NCBI GenBank assembly: GCA_045837725.1
Contig: JBEWZL010000011.1
Span: 124,001 to 188,000 of the forward strand
Source: Vermamoeba vermiformis
Lineage: Eukaryota
DNA length: 64,000 nt
Direction: 5' to 3'
The position numbers were made by a program, and so were the translations under genes. The notes below the pieces were generated by a model. The model was not told the origin of the DNA. It saw nothing but the letters and a program-made list of their open reading frames with translations, and did not search any database. Shown one piece after another: positions 40,743 to 49,765 of the stretch; positions within the stretch are counted from its first letter, which is position 1; every line of letters begins with the position of its first letter.

Positions 40743-43700
40743 TCATTTGCTCAATCTCTTCTTTTCATAGTCAGCCCATACTTCATTCTTGCTTTGGTCT
40801 GCATCTATGAAGCAATTACGTGGCTCCCAGGACTGTTGTCCTCCATCCCAAAGTACCAGCCATTCTAACTTACGTCCAACTTTTCGGTGGTCTATAATAC
40901 TTTTAACTACCCATTCTGCCTCATCTGCAAACAAAAATGAGTTACAATTAAGTATAAACCTACGATTTACCTTCAACCTGTCGTTTACGCTTCTTTAAAT
41001 TGACCATTGTTGGTTCTTTTTCTGATGAGACCACAAGCTCTGGTACTTCACGTTTAACTTGGCCAATCTGGAACAAATCTGTCACAACTTTCACTTCTTC
41101 TGTTCTCTCCAGACCTTTGTAATATTCAATGCCCTGTAATGTGTTAGTAACTGAATACTAAAGTACAATCCTCACCTTTTCAGAAAGAAATTTAGATGTC
41201 TTTGTCACTATTGTGGCTATCAACTCCTTGGACACAGGGTTTGGTTGAAGTGCTATAGGTTGGGCTGATGGAGAATGACTAAACACAGATTCTTCAACTT
41301 CAATCCATTGTTCATCGAGAGATTTTTGTTTGAACAGGAGTGTTGGAGTGCCATCAAGTCCTTTCTTTAGCCAAAAAGCATATTTGTCTTTGTGACCACT
41401 CATTGATGAGCAGAATGTGAGAAACCACTTTTTCCAGGAAAGAATGGGCCATTGGAGTTCATGAATATACACATCCTTGGAATAGATTGACTTTGCAAAT
41501 GTAATAGCATCATTCATAGTTTCAATAACTTTCCATTGGAAGTAAGTATGAAATGGTTGAAATAGTCGGTCAATATCTTCATGTGTGTGGCCAGGTTGTA
41601 AATAATGAATGAAAACCTCTTCAAACCACTCATTGTGCACTAGTAATGCTGCAAATTGAAGCAAATATTGATTTTTGCCTTCAGCTGCACTGTTATCAAC
41701 TTGTAAATACAGTGTTGTTGGTCTATTTTGTGGTTGAATTGATAGCAAAGATTCTTTCAAATGATGGAACAGGAGTGAGATGTAAAAGTCTGCATCTGCA
41801 ATGTAATCAGACTCCTTGAAAAACACTAACTCTTTCTTGTTCAGCCCATGGTTAATGAAGCCTACAAAGCTTGCTTGCAAAAGATTAATATTAGCCCATT
41901 CTTTTGGCATTGGATGGTGCTGAGGAAGTTGAAAACTGCCACTTTTGTCTGTAATGATGCTCATCTTCAAAAAGGGTTGCTTAATGGCAATATCTGTTCT
42001 TTGCCGATACATCTGCCTGTCCTTTGTTATATAATCTATGTGTTCATTCATCTGCTGTTTCAATTGCAACAGCTTATCTTCTGAAGGGCACTGTAGTCGC
42101 CGTTGTTTAATCAATAAACAGGTTGAGCACTTGCCAAGTCGAGTCTCCTTTGGTCTTTTAACATTCTAAAATCTTTAGCAAAATTGAAAGATGCACATAG
42201 TAACTTACTGCAAACCATTTGCGCTTGACCTGCTTGAAAGTTTCATAGCTTGGTGTGTCAACTCCTGGGTGAAGATTGGCAAATTCTCCAGAAAACAGAT
42301 TGTACCATTCCTTCACACTTGCATTGGTTAGCAATTGCAGTATCAGAACAAGAACTTACGTCATGTGTGATGGTAAGTGAATTTCATCTTTAGTTGGCAC
42401 ATAATCACCATATGTATTGCAATAGTTTTGGATCCAAGCAGCTACTGAGTCTCTCTTTGGGGAGTCATACACCCGAAAGCAATTACCATGCATATGAGCC
42501 TTTGTACCATTTAGGTATTGCTGCTTGCATTGAATAACCTTGTCGACAGACACTCCATAAACTCTGCAAAATGCAAGCTGACAAACTGATACACCTCCCA
42601 CCAGGAAAACAACAGCTGGGCTATCAATGTTCATGTTTGTTTCAAAAAATTTCATAAGCCACTTGGTTTTCTGACTGTCATTGAGCTCAGCCACCATCTT
42701 GCGGCTTTCCAGAATCTGGCTGGTACTGAAGAGTTCAGTACATCTAGCCTTACAACAGTTTGTAGCTGCAACTGGAAAGGGTTAGTTACATCTTATATTT
42801 GCAAGTTCTAAGTACCTTTGTTAATTGAATCAGCCCCAAGTAACTTTTGTTTTTTTAATGACTTGAGTTTTTCAGATGGAATGATATTCTTTGTTAGGAT
42901 TTGGAACAGATTCTGTGAGGCAATTGGGGTACCATCTGGCTGCACTTGCAAGGTAGTAAATAGGTCTTTTGCATTGATGGCTTTTGAAACAGGTACAGAA
43001 TTCTAACAAGAGTTAATGCTTAGATAAAGAGCTAAACCAGGTTAAATTACCTGTCGTTTTAAGTACACAATGTGGTCATAATATATCTTAGATTTGCTTG
43101 TTTCAAGTGTTTCAGCCACTGGAGTGGCAATTCCTTCATTTTGCATGCCATCATAGAAATACAAGACTGACTGTTGAACAAAATAGCAAGTAGTGTGGGC
43201 TCCAGTGCACATCATAACAGCTAATAGGTCATACTGACAATTGTTGACAGTTAAAACTGGCTCGATGGTTATATTTGGGTTGCTAAATTGCCTTTTGAGT
43301 CTTCCTAACTCGATAGTCAAAACTTGTGGCAGCTCCAATGTACCTACACAGTTTAATATCAAATTCGTTTTCTTCTAATTGAACTTACGATGTTCAACAG
43401 GTTGTATGCCACAATCATAGCAGTTGATGGGTAGCTGGCAGTTGTAATCTGCTAAGTGGTTGAGTGCAGCTTGGAGTGAGAGTGTACTGTCAGTCAGTTT
43501 TTCTTCAACAAAAACTGCCGCTTGATGAAATAGCTTTGTTGTTGTAGGACATTTGCAGTGACTAACAACTTTAAGAGTAGAGGCAAATAATGCTGATTCG
43601 GCAATTGACAGAGTTTTGAAAGCTGCCGTTAGTATTGCACCAATTGAGACGTAAGTCTTGCAAGGCACCCAACCTACAACAGGACCAAGGGCATCTATCA

Positions 43701-43940
43701 GATCCAATTTTAATTGGTGTAGCCTGTCACTGGATAGTGGTCCATTATTAATCCAACTGGTCAATAGTTTAAAAAAGTCACTCTCGAACTTGTGTCCAGG
43801 CAATCTTTGCAGCACTAGCCGAAGAACAAAGCCAACTGTCTCAATAGTGCATAGGTCATTCATATCTACCATTGTTAGGTTGTTCTATTAATAGTGCTTA
43901 TCTTACTGTTAGAGCCCCATTGAAAGCCTTGGAATGTCAT
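40743..43940 (-). CDS. USP-like peptidase - Sola-like DDD transposase - chromodomain fusion (~948 aa, 9 exons)
   Basis: Exons 43940-43907, 43865-43389, 43343-43051, 43002-42816, 42771-42360, 42317-42209, 42165-41176, 41133-40971 and 40924-40743 join in phase (2847 nt). USP: NDLC, LPQVLTIELGR, YDLLAV..TGAH..YFYDG. Transposase: CC..C, VC..AF..YGVS, HGN, KC..C, IITD, LQVDNSAAEGKN, PGHTHEDID. Chromodomain: WVVKSIIDHR...WLVLWDG...SWEP. Confidence 0.85.
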
Positions 43941-44055
43941 TTTCCTGAAGTAACAGTATTAACGAGCTGCACATTAATAGTGATTTTTAAAATCAATACG
44001 GTTGATCAATTTTGTATCATTATATGATGATCAATAGCATAGAATAATAAGAGTT

Positions 44056-44350
44056 GTTCGGCAAAGTAGTGCTGTTTTACATCAGCAGCAAGAGGGCTGA
44101 TGATACCACTGTGAGCCCCTACGATTTTAGCTAGCCATAACAGTGCCATATATATATTAGATGCAATGAATAACAGCCAGCATTATATTTAGTTGAGTTC
44201 GGCAAAGTCGTGCTGCGCGCGCAGTTGAAGTTAAAGTCACATAACGTCAGTGTTGGGCAATCATGATTTTTCTTACCAAAATCAATTGCATATATAAACT
44301 ACATGAGGTATTATAATACCATATATATACTTAATAGAGTTCGGCAAAGT
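44056..44350. promoter_or_regulatory. Three copies of GTTCGGCAAAGT in the divergent promoter region of the Sola-like element
   Basis: Exact 12-mer at 44056, 44197 and 44339 (spacing 141 and 142 bp). Regulatory function is inferred. Confidence 0.4.
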
Positions 44351-45198
44351 CTAGGTAAGGCACAGAAATTGTCAAAACAGATGGCCCGAGAGAACTTTAC
44401 TTGCATTAACTCAATAGTCCAGCTACTGCCATTACTAATAGCATAAATAATTGTAAGCACAATGACTAGGGATAGGAGTGACTTCAATTCTCTTTTACTC
44501 ATGAGTAGTGGATCTTGTCAGATCTAGATCGGCAGAACTGAACTAGCAAAACTAGCTTTAAAATATATATCAAAGCATTAGTATTGCTCATTGTATATGT
44601 ACAAAGGCATATACCATGTTTGAAACAATTTGGTTAATTAGTAATGATACTATAGATTGAAAACCCTCTAACGGCAAGGATTTGACTGGTGCACGAGACA
44701 GAACAGATACTAGGCCTTTTGAATATGCAATTATCAGCCCCAAAATAATAGATATAGGATATATATAATATAAGCAGCATACATATGTTATTATTATGTA
44801 TTATGTTGATACCTAACAATTTCCGAGCTGGATATGAAATTATGCCGATCAATTTTCTCCTCAAAAATTCAAAATAGCCATTGAACTAGCATATTTAAAT
44901 TATTATAAAGCATATATAATTATAAATTGATATATGGCTTCATATGTAATAATTTCCGAGCAACATGAAAAGTTAAATCCACCTTGACTTACATTAGTTT
45001 TGAATCCATTGAGTTGTCTTGATAATGATGTGTTGATTGAGGTATATAATAGGTGATCTGAACTATAGGTGTTGTTTAATGTTATTATTGGAATGAAATA
45101 ATGGTCAGATAACTTCTCAGTAGCAAGAGCCCTGGTTAATTTCCTTTTATGGGTAACCAAATCCAATTGTCCTCGGAAATCATTACATGAACACCACA

Positions 45199-46655
45199 AT
45201 GAGTGAGGATACTGACAAGGTATTAATTGACAACCCTACTGCTGCATCAGTTGACAGTGAAGCCCAGCAGCCAAAGCAAAATCCCCCGCCCAGTCCAAAA
45301 TCCACTCGGGAATCATTAATAGCTGGTAATTAACTCTCTTAATTATTCTATAATTTTCCCAACATTATGATGTCTCTTTATTTATAAGGAAACTAATTTT
45401 TAATGGCTAGAAGAAAAAATTGAGTCCCTCGATCCTGATCGGCAAACCAAAATTCCTATTGGTAATTCCAATAATGAAGGTACATATTAATTTATTATTG
45501 TAAGTATTACTCATACATAAATCAATTATAGTAAGCAATGACAGTGTCCAAGAAGAAAAATCATCCTTCGGCGGGCTGAACTCTGCCGACAACAAAGGTA
45601 AGTAATAAGGCATTGTTGGATCAACTCTGACTTGTTGCTGATTTAGAGGTATATACTGAGTTCTACAAGTACCACGGAGAGCCTTGGAATGGCAATTATT
45701 ATTGTAAAGTGACTCGGCGGGTAGATGACTTTGCTGTCGAAGTTGGAGATACAGTGGTTGTAAAAAATGTCATTGGCTTGCACACAGTGCTATTCATCAT
45801 TCGCAATAAGCAATTCAACAAGGTTCTCCTTGCAGATCCTTCCCTTAAATCTGTAATTGAAGTCAAGTTCAGTGACGTCGAGTCAGTTGAAGGCAAAGCT
45901 AGCAACAGTCAAAAGGAGTGTCTGGATGAATTGTTTAAGGCTTATTATGCAGCAAAGGTATGTCAGAAACAATATATACCTATTTATTTACATTGTCCAG
46001 ACTAGAAAAGTCTCTCCAAAGCCTATTGTGAAAACAGAGCCAGCAAAAAAGGCTTCTAGGACCCAGCCAGTACGTGCCTCAAGAACACCGGTAAAGCCTG
46101 CTACACCAAGTAAAAAAGGTAGCAAATTCGTTATATCGATAGGTTTTGACAAAGACATTTACAGGAGCAAGCAAGGGACTTGTTGCTAAAGATCAGAAGA
46201 GACCTACTGCTGTAGTAGAGCCTTCTTTGGTCAAACGACGACAATTGCAAAGTTTGTCTGCATCAGAGTCAGAAGATGAAGTTATCCCACTTAAGAACAA
46301 GACAAAGCCCATTCACAAGCCAATGTTACCAAAGCTCCAACCACCACAAGCTGCACCCACTGCTGCCACTAACACAACTGAATTAGTTGGAGCTCCATCT
46401 GTCCACTTGAGTCCTCAAACTACAGGACTGCATAGTACAGGATTGACACCCAGCCCAGTTACCACTTCTGTGTTGAATACTGCAAATAATTCAAGCAACC
46501 AATATCTCCAAAGTATACTTGAATTGCAGCAAATGCAGCACAGACACTCTATGGCACAGCAACAGGCCCAGTTCATGACAATTCTACAACAACAGCAGCA
46601 AGCAGAGGCAGACAGCTCATTCCGTACTGCCTTCTTACTCGCAAACAAACTTTGA
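45199..46655 (+). CDS. Accessory protein of the Sola-like element: BAH-like domain with disordered and Gln-rich regions (~393 aa, 6 exons)
   Basis: Exons 45199-45325, 45411-45479, 45532-45597, 45647-45957, 46001-46118 and 46165-46655 join in frame. YYCKVTRRVDDFAVEVGDTVVV...DVESVEGKA resembles BAH start and end motifs. Confidence 0.7.
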
Positions 46656-46817
46656 TATTTATTCTGGTGTTAGAAATTTAATAAACTGAAGTTCAATCTT
46701 ACATCAAGACAAGCAAGCTGCACACTATGCTATTGCAAAGAACACTATGGTTGACCTCCTAAGATCTACAATGAAAAAGAAAGATCATCTCTATCCTCAG
46801 AAGAACAATAGAAAAGC

Positions 46818-46859
46818 AAATGAAATACACCCAAATGGGTTTTTACAATACCTTTCGAT
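46818..46859 (-). repeat. Right TIR of Sola-like element
   Basis: Inverted copy of 40690-40731, followed by TSD TCAC. Confidence 0.9.
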
Positions 46860-47119
46860 TCACAAAAAAGTCGTCTCAGCTAATTTAAGCGCCATAACCC
46901 TAGCCCAAAACAATACGTACATCATATTACTAAAGTACTGGGCATTAATTTTATAAAAGGTTTAATTGCAATAACAAGCAGCGGGTCCAACTTCGCTGGA
47001 TTGGCACGAGATTGCAGTTTAAAAAATTCGTATCTAGCAACCACCGCATCTGAAAAAAAAAATTCTTGCTGCTCTGTGCTCGGTATGGTCGATTGTTTAT
47101 CTCATGTAATTATTGCATC

Positions 47120-47187
47120 GTTAAAACCGGCTGATTTCTTTTAGTCACTTTTCGCGCTGTGTCATAGAGTTAAAAGTGGCGGTAACA
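47120..47187 (-). repeat. Right TIR of Ginger-type element
   Basis: Ends ...GTGGCGGTAACA, followed by TSD GGTTT. Confidence 0.9.
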
Positions 47188-47713
47188 GGTTTAGCATCTT
47201 GTTCTGCTGCAAGATAACAAGAAGTGAGCTGCTGTAGATGAAGATCCAGGTATTTTTCATAAAAGATCCTTTTATTACGAGTTGATTTCAAAAAACGCAC
47301 TTCTTATTTTTTCTATTATACGACCAACAACATTATTACAAAAGTTATTGGAAATAATTAGTTAAGGCACGCACAGCAAGTCTGGGCAAAAAATTCGATT
47401 TTTTTGGGCAGATACAAAACAAGAACCCGATTTGGACCGAATCTGGCCGAATTTCGAAAAAAATACCATCAAATTTGTGTTCCCCACCCTCAAATTACCC
47501 TAGGGCGGGAACGGTGACCATAAAATCGATCATTGAAGGGTTGTTGCCTATTATTCAGTTCATAATAATATTGTTGTTGAAATATTTTTGTTTGATTTTT
47601 TCTGTGTGTTTTTCGAAATCAACTCGTAATATAATGGCACATCATCGTTGCGATGCAGAATCCGCAATAAACGTATTATATTTTCAATAAATTTATAATA
47701 ATTAAAACAGCCA

Positions 47714-49344
47714 ATGGAATCGATACCGACGGAGATCTTTTCCATAATTGCTTCATTTCTGGATGACAAGTCTCGACGCACTGTGCGACTTGCAAACACT
47801 CTCTGGTTCAACAAGATACGATGTAATAATTTCAAGGTGTATTTTACAACTTCAGAACAAGTCTCTCAAATTGCAGATCGGCTTTCAAAATACAATTTTC
47901 CTCTCGAACTCGAGTTTAGCCATCAGAAATTCGAATTAAGAGAGCCGGAATGCGAAGAAATAGGAAGAATAACACAGTTGAAGAGATTGATAGTCACTCC
48001 TTCGAAATCAGAAGATCTCCCAACAGAAGAACTCCATCCGCTCACCAACTTGACGAATCTGGAGGTAGCGGGGCAATACAGGGATACGCAGCTCCCTCCT
48101 CAGATAATTCGACACCTTACTAAGCTGAAAGAACTCTACATAGAAACGAAAGAGCAGTTTGAAGAGTTGGATCTTTCTTCCTTTTCGAACCTTGAAGGTC
48201 TTCACTTTTCGGCGACAATCAACCCAGCGGATCCACTGTCGATTGTTCCATATCCACAACGGTTGATTAGAATGTCTATAAGCGATGCAGCACTATCCAA
48301 AGCAGACACAAACAAGCTGCAGCTATTTTCAAACTTGAAGGACCTGCGGATCTTCGAAGAGTACGGTTCCACCAATCCCATCGAACCGTTAGCTATTCCG
48401 CACTTACCAAATCTGGAAAAACTGGCGCTTTTGGTCCCCACCGGTAGTATCTCACCGTTGAACACCAAATTGACTTTTCTATGTGTCAATGAAATTGCCA
48501 AAAAAGGAAATTTGCGCGAGCTATCCAACCTCAAAGTGCTGGAAATGCATTGGGTGGGAAGTTCGAAGCTGGATCTGCTGACCAACCTTGAGAGTTTGCG
48601 TCTGCTAGGCGAAGATGAAAAAAATATCAACGACACATTGCGATCAGTTTCAGCAACTTTGACAGCTCTTGAAATGCAATCTGCATACTTCGAATTACCA
48701 TCCATTACCAAACTTAGAAACCTACAATCGCTCGATTTCAGCATGGTGCAAGGAGATTTTCCGCTCAATGTTATTTCTTCTCTTGCATCAACTTTGACAC
48801 AATTGAAACTCCAAACAATACCACAAGAAGAGTTTCCGACACTTGCATCGTTCACGAAATTGAAAGTCTTGGAAGTATTCCGCAACAATTTTGGAGGTCT
48901 GTTCCCCATCTACAAATTGATCAACTTGGAGTCACTAACCTCCGATGGATCAAGTTACCTTCGTGCAGAAGATATTCAGCGCTTGTCAAATTTGACATAT
49001 TTGCTTGTCAATAACATACTTTTGACAGCGTTGCAGCGATGACTAAACTACGGGATTTGATCATTAGTAATTGTGATGAGGTTACTGACAATACAGTTAC
49101 CAAATTACAAAGTCTGACCAATCTCACCTCGCTTCAGATTCAAATGCAATCCGGATCAACTTTGACAGGTGTCACATTGACACGATTGACATTTTTGCGT
49201 GAACTAATTTTGGCAACTCCGTATCCAATACAAGTCAGCGAAAAAGAACTCATACATGCAATGCCCAAGTTATCAATGTGCCAATTTTATGTAACAACCG
49301 AGGAGGATGATGACATCGACGATGAAGTAGATCCCGAACAATAA
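47714..49344 (+). CDS. F-box-like + LRR protein with one frameshift near 49020
   Basis: MESIPTEIFSIIASFL (F-box-like) and LTNL repeats. LRRs continue in another frame at 49039-49344 with no usable intron. Confidence 0.7.
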
Positions 49345-49765
49345 TTTAAGCGACGAATTTCATTTCGCCTAGCACCTTCCAGAATCACAAGAACGAAATA
49401 AACATAATGCAATACTTTCCTCCTCCACCGCGAATCATTTCGCCAGTTCTTCTGGCAATCTCGGAACAGTTTCTTTCGACATGTTTTTAGTGATGTATTT
49501 GGCGACTATCTATTTGACCGAACCGGTCTACAGGAGTCTGCTACTCCCATTGCAGTTAAGCAATCATATTAAGTGACAATAAAGTTCGCGGCTTTCGTAT
49601 AATACCTTTTCACCTAAAGCTTTGCGTCGGACCTCTTTGGACCGGATCCGACATACAACATTTGTTGGACTTTAAGTGGCTAAACAGAGGCATATAGTAA
49701 GGAGTTGCTCTTTATCTAATATGATGTGAATGTGGTATCAATTCGGGATCCATCGATGCTTGCGC

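Larger units (their letters stand above)
40690..46859. mobile_element. Sola-like DNA transposon (6170 bp) nested in the Ginger element, two genes
   Basis: 42-bp TIRs ATCGAAAGGTATTGTAAAAACCCA[G/T]TTGGGT[A/G]TATTTCATTT (40690-40731 and 46818-46859, 2 mismatches). 4-bp TSD TCAC at 40686-40689 and 46860-46863. Confidence 0.88.
38286..47187. mobile_element. Ginger/Tdd-type DNA transposon (Gypsy-integrase related), about 2.7 kb without its nested insertion
   Basis: Ends TGTTACCGCCACTTTT[G/A]ACTCTATGACAC (28/29 match), extending ungapped but imperfectly to about 68 bp. 5-bp TSD GGTTT at 38281-38285 and 47188-47192. Encodes an integrase but no RT, gag or LTRs. Confidence 0.9.

Noticed and set aside
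38476-40976. Chromovirus LTR retrotransposon (integrase + chromodomain)
   Set aside because: No RT, RNase H, gag or LTRs. The chromodomain is on the opposite strand and splices to the Sola-like transposase.
43042-43872. Stand-alone host USP gene
   Set aside because: Lies inside the TIRs, and canonical introns join it in phase to the transposase exons with no stop.
38286-47187. Polinton/Maverick or virophage-like endogenous virus (integrase + protease + TIRs)
   Set aside because: No polB, packaging ATPase or capsid ORFs; ends are TGT...ACA with a 5-bp TSD. The protease and extra genes belong to an inner element with its own TIRs and TSD.
48202-48909. 235-aa antisense ORF
   Set aside because: Lies entirely opposite the LRR gene with no motifs; treated as a shadow ORF.
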